A stretch of DNA of 20,901 nt from Ginkgo biloba. Lineage: Eukaryota > Plantae > Ginkgophyta. The position numbers were made by a program, and so were the translations under genes. Below, piece by piece: positions 1-11,020 of this stretch; within the stretch, counting starts at the first letter, position 1; the number at the start of each line of letters is the position of its first letter. The stretch is from NCBI GenBank assembly GCA_024626585.2, contig JANKJI020000002.1, positions 247,474,134 to 247,495,034 of the forward strand, read 5' to 3'. A model generated the notes under the pieces. The model did no database searches. It worked only from the letters and a program-made list of their open reading frames with translations, and was not told where the DNA came from.

Positions 1-650
1 TTCATTTGGATTAATAGAGAGCTTTTATTCTTGCCCAATTTATCTTTATAAAGAGTATGTTTGATCTTGCTTAGAATCTTGTGTAAGATTATGTTCAATA
101 TTTTGGTCTAATCACATAAGTGTATACAGTATCTTCTTGGATATTATGAAAGTGTTTGACAACTTCATAATATTATACAGGTTGTGTTCATAGGCCATGT
201 GCAAAGGGACACATTTTTTATACCTTTCTATTAGTTTTTAGGATTTTGGAAGTTGTACCATACTTTTATGCATTGTACAACCTTTATGTATGCACCTTAG
301 GGTGAGATATGTATTTTTTCATGTGCCTTAGGGTGAGTTATACATCAATGTGCATACCTCAAGCGTGCACAAATATGGTTTCCTATGTGCAGATAATATA
401 TTATAGAAAACACCAAATTGAGAACAATTTTAAGTTATAAAAGTGGAAAGAGAGCTTTAATATAATGTAATATATAGTGAATACAATTACATAGATGATT
501 ATCCCCTTGGATTTATTATCCATGCACTTTTGTAATGTTTTTAATGTCATTCCTTCATCCTCCTACCAAGTGGGTACATCACACAATTTGAGAGAAAGAA
601 TAATATAGAATACCACAAAGGGGCCTCAACTTACACAAATTTGTTGCAAG

Positions 651-914
651 CTCAAATACTCCATTTGGTTTTGTAAGTATGAAGAATCCTGTAATGCCTT
701 CATGTGAAGGTTGCCAACTCTCCAACTTTCCCTTCAAGCCAACTTCTTCAAGTGTAAAATTTCACAAGAGCCATAAATTAACTCTAAAAATCCTCCCAAT
801 GAGATCCATTATGTGAGAAGAAACCCCTCATAAAAATGCATCTCCACCCTACATCAAAACTCTCCACAAAGGAATATCTACCATCCTGAATAAAGAAACT
901 TTCCACGAGAATCT
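651..914 (+). repeat. Dispersed repeat block (internal region of the short-LTR family), copy 1
   Basis: Aligns by eye to 11629-11902, e.g. CTCCATTTGGT, AAGTATGAAGAATCCT, GGTTGCCAACTCTCCAACTT, TTCAAGTGTAAAATTT, TACATCAAAACTCT. Confidence 0.9.
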
Positions 915-1144
915 TATTATAGCTACCTAGCATTACCCTACTAAAACTCGGGTGAGTGCTACTCCCAAGAACATAAAATTATTTTCACCAGATAAATCAT
1001 AGTGAGAGAGAGGGGTACAAACAACCACTGATAAGCACACACATNNNNNNNNNNNNNNNNNNNNNNNNNNNNNNNNNNNNNNNNNNNNNNNNNNNNNNNN
1101 NNNNNNNNNNNNNNNNNNNNNNNNNNNNNNNNNNNNNNNNNNNN

Positions 1145-1560
1145 TATTGCACTAAGAGATTCGCGTGTTTATCTCATTGATAAAAAAGGGTGAAGTCGTG
1201 AGGCTATATTGTAATGCCGGTGGGTGAATGTGTTGGCCATGAGCCACATTTAAACTAGCTAGTTGGTTATGTGTGCATTTAAGGGCATGGTCCCATTTTT
1301 TGTATCTTCTTAATACACCTGGAGTTTTATTCCCTGAGAGGGTTCCTCCAGTTTAAAACTCTCATGTCGATTTACTCCTTTTATTGTGTGACTGCATGCC
1401 TGAGCCATTTCTTTGTTTCTGCAAGCGCAGTAAGGTCTCGTGATCTAGGTTAGATAATTCTTGACGTCAAAAGAAAGATCCTCAAAGCAAGCAGGTAGGT
1501 AGTGGCAACCCTTCCACCCTCTGGCTCTGCGTCAAGTAGGGATAGTGTTAGTTATTATTT
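1145..1560. promoter_or_regulatory. Candidate unmethylated cis-regulatory island
   Basis: About 9 CpG and many CAG/CTG retained in ~400 bp against a near-absent background. Palindromic TTGACGTCAA at 1461-1470 and a second TGACG on the minus strand at 1530-1534. Function is inferred only. Confidence 0.35.
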
Positions 1561-2926
1561 TTTTCCTTAAAAAGGAGTTTTTTTTTTTGCTTTTGTTTCT
1601 TCTATTATGGGGGTGGGTAAATTAGAAAGAAAAATGTGACTCTAGATGATGACCTATCTATATTTTTCCTTTTAATGTATTTAACCTTACTTCACATATT
1701 CCAAGCTATGAAACTCTTAAAGTAATAGGAAGAAAGGCAAGTAGAGTATTAAAAATGGAACATGGAAAATATTGAAAGGAAAACTTCCAGCTAAAAACTC
1801 AACATTATATGCACTTACAATAGAAGGTGGAATAATATGTGTGCAAAAATTCTCTTCGAAAAATATATGTTTGTAGAAGAAATAAAAATAAAAATAAAAA
1901 CCTTCCAACTCAATGAAGAATACTTCTTTGCCTAATTCATCTTATACCACCTTGAAACCAATGAAAGAAAAATAAAGATGAATCTACTCGCTTCACACCC
2001 CTCGCATGGAAGAATTTCTATGACACCATTTTAGCGTTCAACACTGTACAATTCGAAATGAGAGCAACATAGAGGGGGAGGTAAAAATTTCCAATCAAAC
2101 AGTTGGACCAAAGATGAAAACAAAAGTGCTATATTGACATTTAACAATTTCTTACACAGTGGGAAATCACAAGAGATAAAGAATACACACCAAGATCTCT
2201 TACACATTTGGAGTAGATGATAAATGATGTCACATTTCCCAAAAGAGATAGGATTGCAATCTCCCTCCAAAATCATCCACTCTTTCATCACCTAAATCTC
2301 TCTAAGTGCAAGGGAACTCTTCTAACAAGCTACATCTCCAAGGGTGTTACAAAAATTCTTCCTCATATAATGGAGACTTGTTTTACTTATGTAAGCATCC
2401 CAAGTTCTCACCATGGAAAAGTCTTCATACCTTTGAAAATTTTACTCACAAAAATGAAAAATATTTCATACAAGAATCTTCTCACAAGAATGGTAAATTC
2501 TTATGCAAAAAGTTCTCCTGCAATGTGCACATAACTCTCCACAATGTGTCAAGAAAAAATCTTCTCCATGCTATGAAAAAACCCCTCACAATAAAAAACT
2601 CCTCTGCTTACAACATGGAAGAAGCCCTTATGCCAAAGTGCTCTCTCATGCATGCAAAAATTTCATATCCTAAAGACCAAAGAGAAAAGAAAGTTCTCCT
2701 CCCATGTGTATACATCTCCACCCTAAAGAGTTTTCTCTCTTTCTCTTCTTTTAAAAAAATTCTCCATGCATGAATCTCTTCTCCCTCCAAAAGGGGTCAC
2801 TCTCACACATGAACACATGAAGCTCACACATGTGTGACCATATACAACTTAGAAATGAAATAACCTCCTCCCTATGTTCCCACATGTATGAGCTCTTGTT
2901 AGTTTACATCAAAATAAATGGAGGGA

Positions 2927-3112
2927 AATTACAAGAGACCTCCTTACTCCATCACACAACATGACAAGTATCCATAAAATAATCAAAGAAGTGCATGCTG
3001 CAAGAAAATTCAAGTCATGCATCTAATAATAAGATGAAAGTACCACCTCCATATGGATGCCAAGTCACCTTCCACTCATGAGGCCTAAGAAGGACTTTTT
3101 CCCCCTGCAATA
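2927..3112 (+). repeat. Putative short 3' LTR (~186 bp), copy 1, preceded by a purine tract at ~2916-2928
   Basis: Clearly alignable to 12382-12564. Ends ...CCCTGCAATA (other copy ...CCTTGCAACA) and abuts the truncated integrase. Confidence 0.65.
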
Positions 3113-3505
3113 GGTATGATATGCACATGTTGTAGGGAATATTTTAAAATGATAATCTCGATGAGACTAGATAATAGTCATCTTCAAAATCATGGCCAAT
3201 ATTTTATTGAAGGATTCATTTTGACCATTTTATTAAGTACAGTAAGGTGAAGAGTTTTAGTGTCTAATCATTAACCTATGGCAAAGTTTGTTGACTTGAT
3301 GATTATAAAATGACTTTCTATTATTAGTAATGATGGTGTGAGGAATGCCAAATTGACACTTCATTTGGATAAATATGAACATCGTAAGTATATGTCCATT
3401 AGTATTGGTCAATGGAATAACCTCCTCCCACTTGGTAAAATAATCAGTAGCTAATAAGATAATTTTATGATGATTTGAATATGAACAATTTAAAATGTTT
3501 GACAA
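3113..3505 (-). pseudogene. Second Ty3/Gypsy integrase core (rve) fragment, truncated at an LTR boundary
   Basis: HKIILLATDYFTKWEEVIPL...CQFGIPHTIITNNRKSFYN...LC...IRH*NSSPYCT**NGQNESFNKILAMILKMTII*SHRDYHFKIFPTTCAYHT. This matches DYFTKW, FGIPxxIITDNG, SSPYxPQxNGQAE and DWHxKL...WAYRT. Confidence 0.92.
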
Positions 3506-4477
3506 AAATATAAAAATGTAAAATGTAAATATAATATCATGTAAAATATTAAAAAGTCATGAAAATAAAAAATTTCATAAAGTCATGATAGGAGAAAATA
3601 TAGATGATGAGAATCATCAAAGACTATATGAGTATATGAATTTATTATGATCATCAAAACATAAAGTCAAATAGTAAGAACCATGGAATGACTACCTATA
3701 TGTCTAATATATGACTAACCAACTACTATAAAGTAAGAGATTCATCCATTAGCTATAAAAATGGAATGTATATACTAACAAAGGGGATTAACATTCTTGT
3801 GGATTGCCTCAACTGTATAACCATAGAAAAAAGAATTANNNNNNNNNNNNNNNNNNNNNNNNNNNNNNNNNNNNNNNNNNNNNNNNNNNNNNNNNNNNNN
3901 NNNNNNNNNNNNNNNNNNNNNNNNNNNNNNNNNNNNNNNNNNNNNNNNNNNNNNNNNNNNNNNNNNNNNNNTGTGATGAACTCAACTAAATGAAGAGATA
4001 CACACTATTTGAAATGTGCACCTATAGATGCACCCCTAAAGGCCATATCTCAAAAGATAATCTAAAATCTAGAGATCTATGAGGCTTTTTCTAAAAGGTG
4101 TGATAACCATATTATGTAATAATAAAGTACATCCCCGTTAGTTATATGGACTAAGAATGAAATTCAACTAAATTGATCAACTAAATATCCATATTTAGGT
4201 TATTGTGGATTCCAAAGAGGTAATGATTTAAATTCCCTTAGGTTCTTGTGGATTCTAAGGTGAAAGTTGTCCAAAAGATAGTCTCTCAATGAGAAAATGA
4301 TAAAAAATCACTATTGTTGTTATTCCATATACTTACACATTGGATGTTATTGATATTGTTATGAATTCTATAATTTATATATGGATATCATGGAAAATTC
4401 ACAAGTGTTCCCCTCTCAAAATCTTGATTTCCATGTAGAGGTAAGGGAAAAGAGGGGTTTATGCACCCTATGCAAGT

Positions 4478-5005
4478 TCAAGCATAAAAATACTTAAGTG
4501 AAGATCCATTTGTTATATTAGAAAATATTATACTGTCCATATGATACAACCAATAAGCACCTTTAGATAATACTTTGGAAATAATAAAGGGTCCCAACCA
4601 TTAATACTTTAACTTTCTAGGACCTAATTTCTTTATAGATTCATCAAAATATAAGACAAGTTCATCATCTTCATATGTTGAATGTATAACCCTTTTATCA
4701 AAATAGGATTTTAATCTTTTCTCATAGGATTCAATATTCTCAAATGCTCGAAGGCAATTATAATCCATTTGTTCTAGATTGACAAGTTAGATAACATAGT
4801 CTTCTAATAGGTACAATTAACTATGGAATTTTATTCTTAATGAAGGAATCTAAACCTATACTAAGAGAATATCTTCCAAGCATTACACAAGTGTAAAAGT
4901 TATAAAACTAGTCGCAACTTTGGTAGTTGTTATGTAGGACCATAATGTTGGGTATATCTTAGTATGTCAATCTTGATGGTTTTCATCAATTGTTTGTTAG
5001 ATAGT
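4478..5005 (-). pseudogene. Integrase C-terminal half with GPF module
   Basis: Single frame TIDENHQD*HTKIYPTLWSYITTTKVATSFITFTLV...IPSLR...KSYFDKRV...DELVLYF...RKLKY*WLGPFIISKVLSKGAYWL...TNGSSLKYFYA*. No chromodomain follows. Confidence 0.92.
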
Positions 5006-5799
5006 GATATTTAATGTATNNNNNNNNNNNNNNNNNNNNNNNNNNNNNNNNNNNNNNNNNNNNNNNNNNNNNNNNNNNNNNNNNNNNNNNNNNNNNNNNN
5101 NNNNNNNNNNNNNNNNNNNNNNNNNNNNNNNNNNNNNNNNNNNNNNNNNNNNNNNNNNNNNNNNNNNNNNNNNNNNNNNNNNNNNNNNNNNNNNNNNNNN
5201 NNNNNNNNNNNNNNNNNNNNNNNNNNNNNNNNNNNNNNNNNNNNNNNNNNNNNNNNNNNNNNNNNNNNNNNNNNNNNNNNNNNNNNNNNNNNNNNNNNNN
5301 NNNNNNNNNNNNNNNNNNNNNNNNNNNNNNNNNNNNNNNNNNNNNNNNNNNNNNNNNNNNNNNNNNNNNNNNNNNNNNNNNNNNNNNNNNNNNNNNNNNN
5401 NNNNNNNNNNNNNNNNNNNNNNNNNNNNNNNNNNNNNNNNNNNNNNNNNNNNNNNNNNNNNNNNNNNNNNNNNNNNNNNNNNNNNNNNNNNNNNNNNNNN
5501 NNNNNNNNNNNNNNNNNNNNNNNNNNNNNNNNNNNNNNNNNNNNNNATAGTTTCAACTTATTTTCATGTAACACCCTCATAGGATACCATATACAAATCA
5601 CTTACATTAGGTATAAAAAATAACAAAGCTTGGTATTTGTATATGAATCTTTTAATGTTGATATTTATTTAAATATAGAGCATATGAGTAGTCTCCAAAG
5701 TGATGAATAACATCCCCATACCATTTATTATCATTTGAAATTAGGAATAAGGTATAATTTTGGAAGGACATATTAACTATTGGAATAGGATATTATGGA

Positions 5800-6240
5800 G
5801 AAGAATGGAATTATGCAATTAATTCAACAAGACACATATCCTTCTTAGATTTTGGATGGACAACCTCTAGTTCAAACTCTTATAGAAGAGTATTAATTCA
5901 ATAGCCAAAACTTCCAGATGGGATTCTTTTTTGATTGAGATACTTAAGGGATTTTGATGGGAGAATGAACGTATTGTGATTATGTAATATATAATTCCTT
6001 AGTCTCTTAGTTACATGTAAAATTATGAGGCATTTTCAATCTATCTTAGGATAATTTAGCTCATAATCAACCAAGGGGTTACTCATGTAATAAATAACAT
6101 GTATAATTTGATAAGTATCTATCTACATGAGGACATTATTTATTACCACATAATATGTATAAATGTAAATGATAAATTTATTCATGAAATAAGGTGGAAT
6201 CAAAATAGGAGTGGATGATAATGCCTTTTTAAGATCATTA
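5800..6240 (-). pseudogene. RNase H remnant of the minus-strand Gypsy element
   Basis: DLKKALSSTPILIPPYFMNKFIIYI...HVIYYMSNPLVDYELNYPKI...KRLRNYIL...SLKYL...EFELEV, the typical Gypsy RT-RH connection and RNase H motifs. Confidence 0.88.
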
Positions 6241-6988
6241 CAAGCTTATTAGGTTGTGGAATTCCACTAGAAAGGGGCATTGCCTTTGGTCAAATAATGT
6301 AGGGGGATAACATAATTTCTAAAATCCTCTATGAACATCCTCATGTATCCAACCTTACTAAGAAAGTATTTGAGTTGTGTCAAATGTTTAAGTGGGGGAA
6401 TATCCACAATAGGCATAATTTTACGTGTATTCCCTAGATGAAAATAATGTATCCTAAAAAGAAAAAAAAAAAAACACCTAAGGCCCATTTATATGGATTA
6501 AGACTAATGTGATACATAAAATAGAATTTAAACATAAGATTCAAAGTGTCAAAATTATCTTACCACTTATGAGACTTGACACTCAAATCATCATGGATTT
6601 TTTATAAATATAACTAGAATTTATTAATCCAAAGGAATAATATGATAATTTAATGTAACTCAAGGATACAAATCTATTCATTAAGGATACAAATATTAAG
6701 ATTTGGCTATCGCCTAAANNNNNNNNNNTCTATTCATTAAGGATACAAATATATTCCCATCCATAGAATCCATGATTTTATTAATGAAAGCCATTATATA
6801 AGTTTCCTTAAGTGAGGCCTTGTTAAGGTATATATAATAAAAATAATTCCTAATAGATCCATTTTTATTGATAATGAGGATAATATGCACTACCCATTTG
6901 GTACTAGTGACTAGGAATATAAACTTAGGATCTGGAATTTTTTTAAATTCTTTCTTTATGAATATAGCCTATTTATATTTAATAGGAT
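6240..6988 (-). pseudogene. Reverse transcriptase remnant of the minus-strand Gypsy element
   Basis: KKEFKKIPDPKFIFLVTSTKWVVHIILIINKNGSIRNYFYYIYLNKASLKETYIMAFINKIMDSMDGNIFVSLMN (cf. WVSPIVVVPKKNGxxRxCVDYRxLNKA...LPFIDQILD). Then FGLINSS, IHDDL (YxDD remnant, ~6585-6600), SLNPYK, FLGYII and LKYFLSKVGYMRMFIEDF (cf. FLGxxGYYRRFI). Confidence 0.9.
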
Positions 6989-7846
6989 NNNNNNNNNNNN
7001 NNNNNNNNNNNNNNNNNNNNNNNNNNNNNNNNNNNNNNNNNNNNNNNNNNNNNNNNNNNNNNNNNNNNNNNNNNNNNNNNNNNNNNNNAGAAGCTCAAAT
7101 GACCAAAAGGAATTTAGAAAAAAGAGGAAATAAAGAAGTCAAGTAAGAATCAAAATAAATATTTCTTTCATTTTTCTCTTTTCTTTTGCTAAATGAAAAT
7201 AAACAAATTTCTTCACAAGTACTAAGCTACTAAAAGAGAAAAAAACTAGAAATCATGCACCTGAATCCACAAAGATTTTTTGCAAAATGTGAAGCTAACT
7301 CTAACCGAGCAAGCCTCTGAGCTCCCATGAATTTGATGCTTCTTGTCCAAGATGGTCTAAAGTGTGAAAGATGAAGTGGAATGATAATGAAATTAAGATG
7401 AGATGGATTAAGGGAAATGAATGGAAAAAAATAGATTGTAATAGAGGGTAATCTATCGATCTCTCTCCCTAAATAATAAACTCCCACACAACTATAAGCT
7501 CCAACTCAATGAACAAGAATTTTATTAGCATAATAGTACTTATGAATATACAAAATAGCTCTATAGACAAAAGGGAATCATAACAGTGCATATGTTCTTC
7601 CCTCCTATAACCCCTCCATAATCCTTGTATTTATAAAGAAATTATAGATATTCTATAGGTACAAGAGTTTGTAATAGATTTGATAATAATATCTGAGATG
7701 GCCAGGTCGGTCAGGCAGTTAGGTGGTTAAAAATGTTTCCAAAATGAAGAGTCACCGCTCAAAAATTAAAAAAATATCTTAAAACGATGCATCACCAGAT
7801 AGCGAGAAGCATACCGTAAAAATGCATGTGTATTAATAAATAACTG

Positions 7847-7972
7847 TGATAGGGCATGTACTTCCATAGTACCATGGAAATGCACAAGTTCTTTCCATGG
7901 TAGGGTGTACAATTCTGCAACATCATGAAAATACACAACTCTGTTCCATGGTAGGGAACACGATTCCATGGT
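7847..7972. repeat. Degenerate 51-bp tandem repeat, ~2.4 units
   Basis: TG(A/G)TAGGG recurs at 7847, 7898 and 7949. Units share CATG(G/A)AAAT(G/A)CACAA...TTCCA. Confidence 0.85.
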
Positions 7973-10414
7973 GAGGTCCTTTATGAGAAAANNNNNNNNN
8001 NNNNNNNNNNNNNNNNNNNNNNNAGAATATAAATGCTTAGAATGGACGGCGATAAGATGATGGAAGCTTAAAAACCTACACAAAAGGAGTTAGCCTCTTT
8101 TATTAATAAAGTTAAAAATATTGTACAATTATAAGGGTGCACACCATTAGGCACTATTGCTCAAATAAACAAGTTTCATCACATAGGTTCCATATGTGAC
8201 CTCCTAGTACAAGAATATACTATGTCCAAAAAATTCCAGTTACAAGTTGATTAGTAGGAGGAGAATTTGTTTGAACTCTAGGTGGGGGAAGTGGGGGAAC
8301 TGATTGACCTCCATATTGATGAGGTTGAACATTTTTTCATGGACCTCCTTATGAATGAGGTGTACTTGGTTGATAGATACCTTATTGAGAAGGAAAGGTT
8401 GAATATTGTTGGGTATATCTATATGGAGGAGGATTATTTTGTGAAGATCCTTCTAGGAAAATTATGTCCTAAACAAGGTGTAATAAGAGGTCAATTTCCA
8501 AATGGAGGAGTTCCTCCTATAAGACTAGGATTAGAACCTAAAAGGAGAGGTATATTCTCTTNNNNNNNNNNNNNNNNNNNNNNNNNNNNNNNNNNNNNNN
8601 NNNNNNNNNNNNNNNNNNNNNNNNNNNNNNNNNNNNNNNNNNNNNNNNNNNNNNNNNNNNNGTATATAAGGTAAGAAAATATTGATATTGATCAAGTTAT
8701 CCATTTCATAAGTCTTAATGATCCATGTAGTTGTTGGACTATTATGGTAGTGTGCTACCCCTATTTATGAATATGATTAATGAGTGATCATATAATTTAA
8801 TGTTAGATTATGGTCGAGCCTAATTAAAAATCAGAGTTAGCTTGAGGCTTATAGGAAGAATAATACTTTAGGTATTTAGTTATCTCTTAGAATTATCCAT
8901 CCTTTGATTATACATTCTTCAAGCTATTATTATTATAGTGTACAATCCCATTTTTTAGTTTGGTTGTACCCAAATTGGTCAATAACTTATTTTATATTTT
9001 TTCCCATTTTGGCATGGCTATTTTTAATGCCTCAAGGATAAGAGAGATGGAAGCTAGTTTTATTTTAGAGATTTTAAGTTTATTGATCCCTTGTTGGGTA
9101 CAACTAGCTGAACTGAGAGCTTCCATAAAATAAGAGTGGTAATGTAAGTTGACTTAGATAGTTATCTTCAAATGAAAGGCTAAACAATTCTATGGTGTTC
9201 AAATTGAGACTCAATATGACCCACTAATTAATTACTTTTGATAGAAGATCCAAATGTAAGGTGAGGTTAAATGAATGGAGATGTAGGATAAAGGTATACA
9301 TATTTGATATTTATTGATTCTTGTAAACTTCATGACTCATAGACTTATTATAGGGGTATACTAAAAAAATTCAATAAATGATCAGTATAAAATTTAGTTT
9401 AAAGGGTTTTAAATGGAAGGAATTGGTAAAAAGAGACCTATTAAGGGATATGCATGTGACTAAGAGTATAAGCATGAGAATTTATACCGAGTGTTAAGGG
9501 AGTCATGAATGAAGACCTTTAGGTTTGTATGTATAAAAGGTTTCAAGTATGGGACATGAAAAGAAAGGAGGCTACTAATGAGAATAAGTTAAGGTGCTTA
9601 CAAGCATACTTTTTTTTAAGTATAGATNNNNNNNNNNNNNNNNNNNNNNNNNNNNNNNNNNNNNNNNNNNNNNNTGAATAGAAAATGATTAGTAATCATT
9701 AATGGGATAAGGATTCATAAATCTAACTCACATTTAAAATCCATTATGTGAGGTCTAAAGTTGAAAGACTCAATTAAGAATTAAATCTAGTTCATATAAA
9801 AGTCAAAAACTAAGTTGGGACCCTCACTTACAACATTTGACATGTTCTATTTTGGAGATTTAGTGTTTACAACTTGATTGTAGTAGGACAATTTTTTATA
9901 TTGTGGTTTAATATATATATATCAAGCATTATGAGGATCATTATGGAGCATTTATTAATAGGTGGGTGACCCTGTACTTAATTATTTTTGCATTTTTTTT
10001 TTCAGGGTTTTAAGGGGGACCACAAAGTTTCAAGATCATAAGTTGGTTGTTTAATTATGATGATTTTTTACAAGGAGGAAATAGTCATCCCCATGATCAA
10101 TTTTTCATATTTGAAATTTATTTTGAGGTGAATGAGGAATTTATTACCTTGATTTTTCTTTCTATGACAATCAACAAGGTCAAATACAATCGTACTAATG
10201 ACCAACATGCCATCTATCAATAATTGATAAATAACATGTTATTTATTAGGTCCATACACTATGATTATGCTAATAATTGGTGTAAGAGAAATTATGATTT
10301 TAATTCCATTGTTAACTTTTTATTTTATTTTATGGGGTACACTTACTAATAAATTTAGTGTTTTGGGTCATTTCAAGAGTATGTTGAATGTAAAATTGAG
10401 AGGATGATGGCCTA

Positions 10415-11020
10415 GCCATGAAAACACTATTAGATCATCTTACTCCAAATGAGGTGGTCGTATTGATAAGTTATGTGTAGTGGAAAGTGTATTGTACCCA
10501 CCTGCTCAATTCAACCAAATCATTATTGATATGTTAGTGGAGCACTCGGACCTAAAGGTCCACGTATTTAGGCTTCCATATTTTAGAGAGTATAATATCT
10601 CTAAACAAGACATATATTTAATACTAGGAAGATTCTATGGTAGGTGAAGAAGTAAATTTAGCTAGAATGAGAGTTCTTAATTTTGAGGGTATTGAGTATC
10701 TATATAGGTAGAGGACACTTAGATTGATCACTTCCCATGGGGTTTAAATGTTAACTTTACATCAGGGAGGAGCCCTAGTTATCTTAAGAGTAATGGATAC
10801 AATTATATGCTTCTAAATTTTCCACAATCAAAATTTTAGAGGCATTCCCACTAGCTACATTCTCTTCATCTGGTACTATGAGGAGGGGATAATTGGGATA
10901 GATATATCTTTGATTCACCTATTAGGAAGATAGATATATTATGATAGAGAGAATTCGACCTTTTGACCTATTATGAGTAGGATGGTATAGCAAAAAATGT
11001 CCCTCCTAGACCCATCTTAA
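10415..11020 (+). pseudogene. Degenerate Plant Mobile Domain (PMD, aminotransferase-like, MAIN/MAIL-related), probably a retrotransposon extra ORF
   Basis: 10480-10630 translates VESVLYPPAQFNQIIIDMLVEHSDLKVHVFRLPYFREYNISKQDIYLILG, then after a frameshift MVGEEV (cf. PMD LxxALVERWxxETHTFHLPxGExTITLxDVxxILGLPxxGxxV). A weaker LLxVxW...RP remnant lies near 10965-11015. Confidence 0.65.

Larger units (their letters stand above)
4478..6988 (-). mobile_element. Degenerate Ty3/Gypsy pol (RT - RNase H - integrase), non-chromovirus, Athila-like; integrase core hidden in the N gap 5020-5546
   Basis: Manual minus-strand translation gives collinear RT, RNase H and integrase motifs in Gypsy order (RT-RH-INT), with many stops and frameshifts. 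It ends at LKYFYA* (stop at 4478-4480). Confidence 0.92.

Noticed and set aside
290-341. CCTTAGGGTGAG direct repeat or telomere-like TTAGGG
   Set aside because: Only two copies 31 bp apart; not an array.
1405-1500. Possible small exon (polypyrimidine-CAG ... CAG/GTAGGT)
   Set aside because: Stops in all three frames and no supporting neighbouring exons.
1717-2790. Overlapping ORFs of 60-155 aa
   Set aside because: No recognisable motif, low-complexity repeat-derived sequence, and ORFs overlap on both strands.
5004-5601. ORFs spanning N runs (also 3766, 11214, 12815, 16376, 17317)
   Set aside because: Length is an artefact of the assembly gaps.
7847-7972. CRISPR-like array
   Set aside because: Whole units are homologous (no unique spacers), the context is eukaryotic and there are no cas genes.
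9586-9972. 5S rRNA/Cassandra-like boxes (AAGTTAAGGTGCTT at ~9586; TAGGTGGGTGACC at ~9959)
   Set aside because: The matches are short and ~370 bp apart rather than adjacent, so probably chance.
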